NCBI GenBank assembly: GCA_030647555.1
Contig: JAUSJG010000008.1
Span: 129,467-193,466 of the forward strand
Direction of reading: 5' to 3'
Origin: a bacterium
GTDB taxonomy: Bacteria; Patescibacteriota; Andersenbacteria; UBA10190; CAIZMI01
Length of the DNA: 64,000 nucleotides
In this document: positions 39,427 to 47,064 of the stretch, in pieces
Position numbering within the stretch: position 1 is the stretch's first letter
Layout: each line of letters begins with the position of its first letter
Program-made: the position numbers and the translations under genes
The notes under the pieces: model-generated
The model's database searches: none
What the model was told of the DNA's origin: nothing
What the model saw: the letters and a program-made list of their open reading frames with translations, nothing else

Positions 39427-40536
39427 ATGAAAAAAATAGCAATGAAAAAAACGCCTGATCTAATTTTGTTACTCGCCATCATCGCCCTTGTCTCCTTGGG
39501 CAGTTTAATGTTGGTGTCCGCATCATCTGTATTGGGGTTGGACTTGCACAATGATCCTTATTTCTTTGTTCGTCATCAATTGTATTACGGGATATTGCCC
39601 GGTTTGTTTTTACTTATTGTCACGATGTTTGTTCCATATACGTTTTGGCGACGTGCCGTTGTGCCAATTTTGGTTGGGGTGGTTATTCTTCTCTTGATGG
39701 TCTTTGTACCCCAGTTTCAGATGTCTTATGGTGGAGCGTCACGTTGGGTGCGTTTGGGTTTTATCTCCGTTCAACCTGCCGAATTTGCCAAACTCGCGGT
39801 TATTCTTTATTTGGCGGCATTGTTTTCCAGTCGTGAAGAGAAACATGGTCATGTGCATGATACACTGATTCCATTTTTAATTGTTGTTGGGCTGATTGGT
39901 TTTCTCATTATTAAACAACCGGATATAGGTACATTGGTGGTGGTTACTAGCGCGTCCTTGATTATTTATTATCTTGCCGGGGCAAGCTGGAAGCATCTTT
40001 GGATGGTGATTGGTGGTGGATTAGGGACTTTGATTGTTTTAATTCGTCTTGCGCCATATCGCATGGCGCGTTTTACCACCTTTCTTCATCCCGAGTTGGA
40101 TCCAAAGGGGATTGGCTACCAAGTCCACCAAGCATTGCTGGCAGTAGGGTCGGGTGGAATTTGGGGATTAGGCTTTGGAAGAAGTCGACAAAAGTTTCGT
40201 TATCTGCCGGAACCGGCGGGTGATTCAATCTTTGCCATTGCTTCCGAAGAATTGGGATTTTTGCGGATTAGTATCTTGTTGAGTCTGTATATTTTTATTA
40301 TTATTCGGGGTTATCAAATTGCGCGTAAGGCGCCGGATATGTTTAGTAAATTAGTGGCCGGCGGAATTACATCTTGGTTTTTTGTGCAAGCAGTTGTGCA
40401 CATTGGGGCGAATCTTTCGATCTTTCCCTTAACTGGCATTCCGTTACCACTCGTTTCTTATGGAGGATCGGCGATTGTGATAACGCTTGTGGGAGCGGGG
40501 ATACTGCTGAATATCTCACGATATTCGAACGATTAA
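39427..40536 (+). CDS. ftsW: SEDS peptidoglycan polymerase
   Basis: GASRW, QPAEFAK, QPDIGT, LPEPAGDSIF, TGIPLPLVSYGGS; between mraY and murG. Confidence 0.95.
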   Translation: MKKIAMKKTPDLILLLAIIALVSLGSLMLVSASSVLGLDLHNDPYFFVRHQLYYGILPGLFLLIVTMFVPYTFWRRAVVPILVGVVILLLMVFVPQFQMSYGGASRWVRLGFISVQPAEFAKLAVILYLAALFSSREEKHGHVHDTLIPFLIVVGLIGFLIIKQPDIGTLVVVTSASLIIYYLAGASWKHLWMVIGGGLGTLIVLIRLAPYRMARFTTFLHPELDPKGIGYQVHQALLAVGSGGIWGLGFGRSRQKFRYLPEPAGDSIFAIASEELGFLRISILLSLYIFIIIRGYQIARKAPDMFSKLVAGGITSWFFVQAVVHIGANLSIFPLTGIPLPLVSYGGSAIVITLVGAGILLNISRYSND

Positions 40537-40670
40537 TTTGAAATTTACAGTTTTTAATTTGAAATCAATTTGAAATAATTAAATTTGAAATATCTAAAAC
40601 AGCGTTTTCAAATTAAAATATTAAGTTATTTCAAATTGATTAAAAATTTCAAATTTCAAATTAAAAATTA
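40537..40670. repeat. AT-rich inverted heptamer repeat (ATTTGAA/TTCAAAT)
   Basis: ATTTGAAAT units followed by TTTCAAAT units. Confidence 0.75.
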
Positions 40671-40739
40671 AGGGTTGGTTTTATGGCATATTACTGCTAA
40701 TATCAACAAAGAGATGATAAACAGAATAAAAATACAATT

Positions 40740-41936
40740 ATGCGTATCGTTCTAACCGGTGGTGGCTCCGGTGGTCATTTGACGCCTTTGGTTTCGGTTG
40801 CCGATACCCTAAAGCGCATGTATCACGAAGGTGAGATTAGTTTTCCGGAAAGCCGAAATAGTGGCCTTGAAATTAGGTATGTTGGCGTGGTTACAGAAAT
40901 TGATAAGTCGATTCTGGAAAAAGCCGATATTCCATATGAACACATTCCATCGGGCAAAATTAGGCGTTATTTATCGGGCGCGCCGCTTACGGCAATGGAA
41001 ATGTTTGTTCAACTTCCATTCGGAATTTTGCGGGCTTTTTGGCGGATGTATATTTTGATGCCCGAAGTGGTTTTCAGTAAAGGTGGTTACGGATCAATTC
41101 CTGTTGTTATTGCGTCCTGGGTTTATCGGATTCCGATTTTAATGCACGAAACGGATATTGTGCCGGGATTATCTAATAAAAAATTATCGCGCTTTGCATC
41201 GGCGATTGTGGTGGGCTTCCGAAAAGCAGAACAATATTTTAAACAAGATCGGGTTTTTGTCGCCGGTACACCGTTGCGCGAAATCTTTTACAAATTACCG
41301 GACAGAGAAACAGCGCGAAGAGAATTACAATTACATGATCGCAAGCCGGTGTTGTTTGTAACTGGTGGAAGTCAGGGTGCGCAACGGATAAATAACGTGA
41401 TTTTAGAAATGCTGATTCGTGTGTTACCGGATTTTCAGGTGGTGCATCAAGTGGGGCAACTTAATTTGGAACCGGTACAGGAGTTTGTAAGAAGTACGCT
41501 GGGAAATTTTCCAGACATTAGTGATTATCACGTCTTGGGTTTTATCGACGAACGCACGATGGCGAATTGTTTTTCAGCCTCGGATCTTGTTGTTTCCAGG
41601 GCAGGTGGAACAACCCTGGCGGAATTAGCCGTGGCGGGGAAGCCATCTGTTTTAATTCCCTTGGGAGAGTCCGCTAATAATCACCAGTGGGAAAATGCCT
41701 ATTTCTATCGTGAGGCCGGTGCGGCGGTTGTATTAGACGAAAGCAATGTCTCGCCACCTTTGTTAGAAGCAACAATCCGTCGTGTCTTTCAACGTCAAAG
41801 TAATTTAGAATTAATGTCGTCTCGCGTCCGTGAGTTAGCCCGTCCATCCGCGTCGATAGATATAGCGCAATTATTGGTCCAAATGGGTCTTGGCTTCGTG
41901 CCAAGACGAAAATTGGAAGCAGTCAAGGAAAAGTAG
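40740..41936 (+). CDS. murG: Lipid II GlcNAc transferase
   Basis: GGGSGGH, SKGGY, GGSQGA, SRAG, HQWENA. Confidence 0.97.
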   Translation: MRIVLTGGGSGGHLTPLVSVADTLKRMYHEGEISFPESRNSGLEIRYVGVVTEIDKSILEKADIPYEHIPSGKIRRYLSGAPLTAMEMFVQLPFGILRAFWRMYILMPEVVFSKGGYGSIPVVIASWVYRIPILMHETDIVPGLSNKKLSRFASAIVVGFRKAEQYFKQDRVFVAGTPLREIFYKLPDRETARRELQLHDRKPVLFVTGGSQGAQRINNVILEMLIRVLPDFQVVHQVGQLNLEPVQEFVRSTLGNFPDISDYHVLGFIDERTMANCFSASDLVVSRAGGTTLAELAVAGKPSVLIPLGESANNHQWENAYFYREAGAAVVLDESNVSPPLLEATIRRVFQRQSNLELMSSRVRELARPSASIDIAQLLVQMGLGFVPRRKLEAVKEK

Positions 41937-42017
41937 CAAAGTCCGTCTTTGCGCCTGCCGGCCATAGCCTTGGCGACGGCTGGAGGCGTTTCAACGCCGA
42001 AGCAATCTCCCGTGGCG

Positions 42018-42026
42018 TGCTATAAT
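42018..42026 (+). promoter_or_regulatory. Extended -10 promoter
   Basis: TGCTATAAT ending 12 nt before the tRNA-like RNA. Confidence 0.7.
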
Positions 42027-42037
42027 ATGCCAGTCGT

Positions 42038-42105
42038 GGGCATGCCAAGGTTGGGAGTTCAGGATTATCACCCAGATCTCGGGGGTTCGATTCCCCTCGT
42101 GTCCA
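42038..42105 (+). ncRNA. tRNA-like RNA resembling the tmRNA tRNA-like domain, with no mRNA-like domain
   Basis: Acceptor stem GGGCATG/CGTGTCC with G3-U70 and discriminator A; stemless D-loop CCAAGGTT; T-arm GGGGG-TTCGATT-CCCCT. Confidence 0.65.
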
Positions 42106-42151
42106 CGATAAAAAAATAATTGTTTTATCACCAACTTTACTCACCAACCTA

Positions 42152-42180
42152 TTGACAAGTTTTTAATTAGTGTGTACGTT
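42152..42180 (+). promoter_or_regulatory. sigma70 promoter
   Basis: TTGACA-N17-TACGTT. Confidence 0.6.
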
Positions 42181-42186
42181 TATTGC

Positions 42187-42250
42187 AGGTGATAATCCTG
42201 ATTCTCTCACTAAGGTGAGATTGACGAAAAGCCGCTTCAAGCGGTTTTTT
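42187..42250 (+). ncRNA. Candidate ~64-nt small RNA complementary to the tRNA-like RNA
   Basis: Own promoter; terminator AAAAGCCGC-TTCAA-GCGGTTTTTT; 42188-42201 is the exact reverse complement of 42059-42072. Confidence 0.55.
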
Positions 42251-42336
42251 GTTTGAGTTAATAATGATAATCGATGAAGCTGGCAGATATTATTGGCTAG
42301 TAGTAGCCAATAATTAATTGTATAAATACACTACTC

Positions 42337-42365
42337 TTGACAATTTCCATTTTTGGGAGTATACT
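42337..42365 (+). promoter_or_regulatory. sigma70 promoter of the island
   Basis: TTGACA-N17-TATACT. Confidence 0.8.
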
Positions 42366-42634
42366 TATCTCTTAAATTAAAAAGCCAAAGCTCTGTACAC
42401 GATAAATCGCGCATAGCGCTTTGGCGAACAGGAGAGACCCATCCTTCGCTCATGAATGAGCTACGGAGGGCAAGGCGGATCGCAATTTCCACAATTGAAT
42501 AGACGAAGGGATTATGAGCAACAGCGACCTGGGCAAATATACCAGTAGTTCTCATAATCATCCTTTAAAAAGAGCACGGGGTTCTTCGGCGGCCCCTCCC
42601 TTTCGACAAAGGGAGGCCGGGAGGGATTCCGCGC

Positions 42635-42702
42635 TTCCGTCACTGCACATACTCCTGGCTCAAATTTATTTTATGCCGTATGCAGTATGCGCAGTGACGG
42701 GA
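42635..42702. repeat. Island hairpin motif, copy A
   Basis: CCGTCACTGC...GGC..AAATTTATTT..TGCCG...GCAGTGACGGGA. Confidence 0.75.
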
Positions 42703-42790
42703 AAAAATACCGGTGCTGTCCCGGTTAAATCTGTTTCGGTCGCGCATGACAGTAGCGACCAGTCGTCATAATCCGAAAAGGAAAAGACTC

Positions 42791-42991
42791 ATGACGACAA
42801 AGACCAAATTTCTGACCGTGGTGGCAGTGGGCCACCAGTATCGAACGCATGAACTGACCGGGGTTGCTGGCGAAGCGAAGGAAATCGTTCGCCAAGTGGC
42901 CAAACGCACGGATGCGTTTCGCCAGGAATATATCCTCCGGCGGTTGGTTACGCGCGAGCAACGGACGCTCGCACTGGCGACTACTCGATAA
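42791..42991 (+). CDS. 66-aa hypothetical protein
   Basis: AAGGA upstream; MTTKTKFL... Confidence 0.55.
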   Translation: MTTKTKFLTVVAVGHQYRTHELTGVAGEAKEIVRQVAKRTDAFRQEYILRRLVTREQRTLALATTR

Positions 42992-43101
42992 TCGTCGCCA
43001 CGAAAAAACCGACGGCTCTCTGTGGGTGTAGCTGTCGGTGATTAGTAGAAACACCCCTGATCAAAATTTACGGAAGACCAGACATCGCGTCTCGGTCTTC
43101 C

Positions 43102-43171
43102 TCCCATCAATGCCTAGTACACCGGCCTAAATTTATTTATTGCCGTTTTGTTGTACGAGGCATTGACGGGA
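43102..43171. repeat. Island hairpin motif, copy B
   Basis: 42-nt and 22-nt blocks identical to 53078-53146. Confidence 0.95.
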
Positions 43172-43184
43172 AAGTAGTTTTTTA

Positions 43185-43225
43185 GAGTCGACCAAACCGT
43201 CGCCATGGCGGGGAGGTCTTAACAA
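43185..43225 (+). repeat. Duplicated 41-nt gene leader, copy 1
   Basis: 40/41 identical to 52142-52182; both directly precede SD+ATG. Confidence 0.95.
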
Positions 43226-43239
43226 TTAGGAGAACAATC

Positions 43240-43551
43240 ATGGCAGGAACGTACAACGTGATCGTCGATGCCGCCGCCCCCGCCACGACCTTGAAAATCG
43301 GTTTTGGCAGTCCGGCCCAGAACGACCAGATCGTGAAGGATGCGGTCGCGGCCGTGAAGGCGCTCGGCTTGACCGGCGGGAAGCTGGTCAAGTTGAACGG
43401 GCCGGCTTCGTTGCCGGTGGCCGTCGCCATCGGGCACGAGGTGGCCCACCTGTTCGGGGCCGTCGCGGTGTTCGACCCGAAACTCGGGAACAAATACGTC
43501 GTGGTGGTGAGCCACGACCCCGATTTCGCGGTCGGTAGCGTCATCGAGTAG
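43240..43551 (+). CDS. csx3: Csx3/Crn3-family ring nuclease homologue
   Basis: KLNGPASLPVA..IGHEVAH.FGAVAVFDPKLG..YVVVVSH matches the Csx3 signature with both His and the DP Asp. Confidence 0.85.
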   Translation: MAGTYNVIVDAAAPATTLKIGFGSPAQNDQIVKDAVAAVKALGLTGGKLVKLNGPASLPVAVAIGHEVAHLFGAVAVFDPKLGNKYVVVVSHDPDFAVGSVIE

Positions 43552-43597
43552 GGTTCTTTCAGGCCAAATCATGGTTGATGCGGCCTAAATCGTACAC

Positions 43598-43637
43598 GAA
43601 GGAGGTCCGAGTATGACGCTCGACCTCCTTCCTTTTC
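43598..43637 (+). terminator. Intrinsic terminator
   Basis: GAAGGAGGTC/GACCTCCTTC followed by CTTTTC. Confidence 0.7.
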
Positions 43638-43711
43638 TTCAGAGCGCGACAAACGTTGTCGTGCGCTCAAGTAAAAGATTTTAAACCCGCCGCGGCGGGA
43701 AGGAGAAAATC

Positions 43712-44293
43712 ATGAAAGTCATACTTTGTGGTCCCCCGCGGAGCGGGAAGTCCTGCATGAGGCAGGGCTTAAAGGATGCGATTAAGATTATTCCGGGTGC
43801 ACCGTATCCGTATGTTATCACGGCGTGCCCGGACGGTGAGGGGGCTTGGTTCCAGGAAACTGTGAACCAGGACCCTGATTTGGCCAAGAGGTGCAAGGAT
43901 GCATACAAGGCCAAGTTCACGCCGGAATTTGTGCAGAGGATAGCGGATTCTGTGCAAAATTGCTCGCTACCGCTCACGCTCGTGGATATCGGTGGCATCC
44001 CGAGCGCGGAGAACGAGGCGATTTGCGCCTCGGCCACCCACGCCATTTTGTTGGCAGGCGACCTCGGCCGTTTGCCCGAGTGGCACGCGTTTTGCAAAAA
44101 ACTCGGGCTCGTTGTTGTTGCCGAGATCCACTCGGACTACAATGGGGCCGAGGACACCGTCCCCCAACTCGGCGAGGACGGCATCTATCGCGGTTCGGTT
44201 CACCATCTTGAACGAGGTGAACAGACCGCCGCCCGCCCGACGATTCGGGCGCTGGCCGAGATTCTCGTCGGGATGGTTACCGACAAGAATTGA
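43712..44293 (+). CDS. P-loop NTPase of the type found fused or adjacent to Csx3
   Basis: GPPRSGKS Walker A; ACPDGEGAW; LVDIGG; HLERG. Confidence 0.8.
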   Translation: MKVILCGPPRSGKSCMRQGLKDAIKIIPGAPYPYVITACPDGEGAWFQETVNQDPDLAKRCKDAYKAKFTPEFVQRIADSVQNCSLPLTLVDIGGIPSAENEAICASATHAILLAGDLGRLPEWHAFCKKLGLVVVAEIHSDYNGAEDTVPQLGEDGIYRGSVHHLERGEQTAARPTIRALAEILVGMVTDKN

Positions 44294-44336
44294 TTTCTAA
44301 TCAACCAACGGTTGTGGGTTATCCTGTAAAACCCTC

Positions 44337-44391
44337 TTCTGATTCGAGAGTGTGTACTCTCGCTGATGACGCCGAAAGGCAGAAATCAGAA
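44337..44391 (+). ncRNA. Type III hammerhead ribozyme
   Basis: Stem III TTCTGA/TCAGAA; AUU triplet; stem I CGAGAG-TGTGTA-CTCTCG; CTGATGA; stem II GCC-GAAA-GGC; GAAA. One deviation: C10.1/A11.1. Confidence 0.8.
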
Positions 44392-44427
44392 ACTGAAATC
44401 AAAAAAAATTTTCGCGGAGGAGAACCG

Positions 44428-46122
44428 ATGCGAAGAGTAATTGTATGCGGGCCACCGCATTCGGGCAAGTCGGTGTTCCTGGCTAACCTGCAAAGGTTGT
44501 TGCCAGTTGAGCACCACATGCTCATCTTCGGTGCCCCCGATGGGGAGTGGCATTGGACCAACGGGGCCAACCAATCCCTCGTTCGCGAGACCCGCCAAAA
44601 GCGGAGTTTTTCGGATGACTGGTGCGACGGCATTCTTAATGCCATCGCGCAAGCCGAGCAACGGCTCGTTCTGGTTGACACCGGAGGAAAAAGACTCTCG
44701 CCGAACGACCGGATTTTCCGGGCGTGCGACGCCTTCATTATTCTCTCTTCTTCCAAGGAGGAGATAATTGAGTGGCGCCGCTTCGGCGAGGAAAACGGAT
44801 GCCTGTGCATTGCTGAATTGGATTCGGCGCTGCAAGGTGAAGATCAAATTTATCTGGACGCGAGCGATGGAATTCTCCGCGGACGGATAACTGGTCTGGA
44901 ACGGGGGCAGGAGATTGATTCCCCAGTTCTGGATGCAGTGGCAGGAAAACTTCGTAAAGTCATTGAGGTGAATGCCGAGATGACGGAAGCGGAGCTTCTG
45001 GCCAATATCAACGGGGCTAAGCTGGTTGACCACCTTGGGATCACGGATCGGACTGATCCTTACCTTGGTGTACGGCCATGGCACACGGCGCCGGCGTTGA
45101 AAATCACGGCCGTGGCGCGGAGGTTGGAAACGGTGCGGATTTGGAATGTCCGTGCCAGTTTTCTTTCGTGCGCGTTTGCGACAACACTGCCCGGCAAGGT
45201 GGAGCTCTTCGGAGTTTCCGATGGATATGTTCCATTGCCGAAGGTTGCGCCAAACGGCGACGGCGCGGGCGATCTGGCGTGGGAAGTCGCGGAATTTTCC
45301 GACTACACTTTGGTGGAGTATCGGAAAAACGGATTTTTCACAAAAGAGAAACTCGCCGATGTTGTGCCGCCGGTAGTGAACACCCGAAAGGGTGTTGTGC
45401 TGGCGACAGACGGTCCGCCGATCTGGCTGGACGCGACGATCGCAAGATCGTACGCGAAAGCCGGTGTGCCGTTTGTGGCTGTGTTTGTACCCGTTGAGTC
45501 GGGGCGAGTACAGCAGGACGGAACGCGGTGGGATGAGGCGCATCCGCAGGATGGGCCGTGCGTCGTTATTTATGGCGAAGCGGAAAAGGTGGGGGAAGTA
45601 ATTTCCGTGCCGATCTCGCTTCTGAAGTGGAATGGCGGCGGACGGCAGTGGCAACTGGGTTCCGGTGAGGTCGTAAAAGACCGACCGCATAGCCACGTGG
45701 CGACACATCCGTCGGTTTTGCCACTTGTCGGCGAAGCGCTTGCGCGAATTGAGTCCGCCGGGCGCGACAATATTGTGGAGGAAATAGACTTCGGACGGAC
45801 GGTGGGTGAGATGATTTGCGTCGAAACAAGTAATGACGACGAGATCGTTTTTGCACAACGTCAGAACCGAAAAGGACTGACGCGGTTTGTGAAAAACCGG
45901 CAACCCACGTTGTGTAACAGTGTTACGGTTTGTCTCACGAAAGCGGAAGGAAACGGCCATTACGTTTTGGCCACCGCTTTTGTGGGAAAGAGAGCGCCGG
46001 CAGAGCCGTGGGACGTGGAATGGGCGACGGAGCAATCCGTCCCGTTCTGGAACACCCACGCGCTTATCTGGGGCGCGGAAACTTTTTTGGCGGACACTGA
46101 AACGAATCGGTGTCCGTGGTAA
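44428..46122 (+). CDS. P-loop NTPase + degenerate Csx3-like domain + C-terminal domain of unknown function
   Basis: GPPHSGKS, APDGEWHW, LVDTGG, GLERG; KGVVLATDGPPIWL...FVAVF; GGAGGAG SD. Confidence 0.8.
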   Translation: MRRVIVCGPPHSGKSVFLANLQRLLPVEHHMLIFGAPDGEWHWTNGANQSLVRETRQKRSFSDDWCDGILNAIAQAEQRLVLVDTGGKRLSPNDRIFRACDAFIILSSSKEEIIEWRRFGEENGCLCIAELDSALQGEDQIYLDASDGILRGRITGLERGQEIDSPVLDAVAGKLRKVIEVNAEMTEAELLANINGAKLVDHLGITDRTDPYLGVRPWHTAPALKITAVARRLETVRIWNVRASFLSCAFATTLPGKVELFGVSDGYVPLPKVAPNGDGAGDLAWEVAEFSDYTLVEYRKNGFFTKEKLADVVPPVVNTRKGVVLATDGPPIWLDATIARSYAKAGVPFVAVFVPVESGRVQQDGTRWDEAHPQDGPCVVIYGEAEKVGEVISVPISLLKWNGGGRQWQLGSGEVVKDRPHSHVATHPSVLPLVGEALARIESAGRDNIVEEIDFGRTVGEMICVETSNDDEIVFAQRQNRKGLTRFVKNRQPTLCNSVTVCLTKAEGNGHYVLATAFVGKRAPAEPWDVEWATEQSVPFWNTHALIWGAETFLADTETNRCPW

Positions 46123-46132
46123 GGAACAAAAA

Positions 46133-46564
46133 ATGAAGACGTATGCAGTGGCAGTGGATGGTGGGCGGACGGGACACGCGGTGGCAACCCTGCGGGCCGA
46201 GATCAACCTCGGTCTGAAAAAGGGCTACGCGGGATTCCTTCAGGAAAAGCAGGAGGTCATTGACTTCCTGAAGGACCTGTACCGCACGGCAGTCGCGGCG
46301 GGACGGAACTACGTCCCGGTCTGCATCCAGCAGACGGAGATCGTCTACGCGTACCAGACTGGCGATGGTCCGGTAGCGGACGCCGAACCGGCATTGACCC
46401 TTTTTTCCGACAAGTCGCCACTTTATGCGGCGGACATGTCGGACGATCAGTGGAAGGCCGCCGTCGAGGAATTGGCAGCCGCGTTGGCTGATCGGTTCCA
46501 ACAGTTCCGGGTGTACGTGTCGTACATCCAAGTGGAGGTGAAGATCCTCCAGCAGGTGAAGTAG
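46133..46564 (+). CDS. 143-aa hypothetical protein
   Basis: AAGGA SD; GC3-rich codons. Confidence 0.8.
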   Translation: MKTYAVAVDGGRTGHAVATLRAEINLGLKKGYAGFLQEKQEVIDFLKDLYRTAVAAGRNYVPVCIQQTEIVYAYQTGDGPVADAEPALTLFSDKSPLYAADMSDDQWKAAVEELAAALADRFQQFRVYVSYIQVEVKILQQVK

Positions 46565-46588
46565 TACTTCTCCTGCGAATCGATCTTC

Positions 46589-46627
46589 GGCAAGTCCACG
46601 CATTGCGCGCGGACTTGCCACTTTTTT
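46589..46627 (+). terminator. Intrinsic terminator
   Basis: GGCAAGTCC/GGACTTGCC followed by ACTTTTTT. Confidence 0.8.
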
Positions 46628-46706
46628 AAAGTTTATCAGTGGAAGTGTTCGCGATGCGCGAACACCTGATGGGCTTTTAGAAGTTTTTTTGAAAAGGAGA
46701 CACAGG

Positions 46707-47054
46707 GTGAAAAAAATCCTGTGGATGTCGCGCCACCGGCCGACCGCGAGGCAGATTAATGCCTTGCGCCAGATGCATGGCGCGGACGCGGTGGTGGAAC
46801 AGGAGGACCGTCCGTTTGACGACGCGCGAGAAATCGTGTGCCGGTACAGGCGAGATGGTTACGACGACATGGTGGTCGTCGCTCCGCTTTCAGTAATCGC
46901 GGTTTTGTGCCAGGAAGGCATTAGACCGCTTTGGTCCGAAGCCACCGAGGAAAACGATCCGAGAAAGATCGAATTTCGCGGCGCGCGCGGGCAAGGGTAT
47001 CGTTTCGTAAGGTTCCGCCGCATTAAGTGCGTGCGGGTTGAATTCGAAGAATAA
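46707..47054 (+). CDS. Small alpha/beta protein with ILWMSRH motif, possibly Csx15/16/20-like
   Basis: AGGAG SD with GTG start; SRHxPTxxQ and VVVAPLSV motifs. Confidence 0.7.
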   Translation: MKKILWMSRHRPTARQINALRQMHGADAVVEQEDRPFDDAREIVCRYRRDGYDDMVVVAPLSVIAVLCQEGIRPLWSEATEENDPRKIEFRGARGQGYRFVRFRRIKCVRVEFEE

Positions 47055-47064
47055 GGAAAATGAG

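Noticed and set aside
42038-42105. Canonical tRNA-Ile(TAT) or tRNA-Ala
   Set aside because: No D-stem, anticodon stem has only about 2 firm pairs, and the loop lacks purine 37
43102-43171. c-di-GMP-I riboswitch, suggested by CCGGCCTAAA
   Set aside because: No upstream GGCAAAC/GAAA-tetraloop/GCAAA elements
44290-44427. N-terminal extension of the 610-aa ORF
   Set aside because: TTG start without SD, spans the hammerhead; GGAGGAG precedes ATG 44428
44386-46206. 606-aa minus-strand ORF
   Set aside because: Antisense shadow of the motif-bearing, SD-led plus-strand gene
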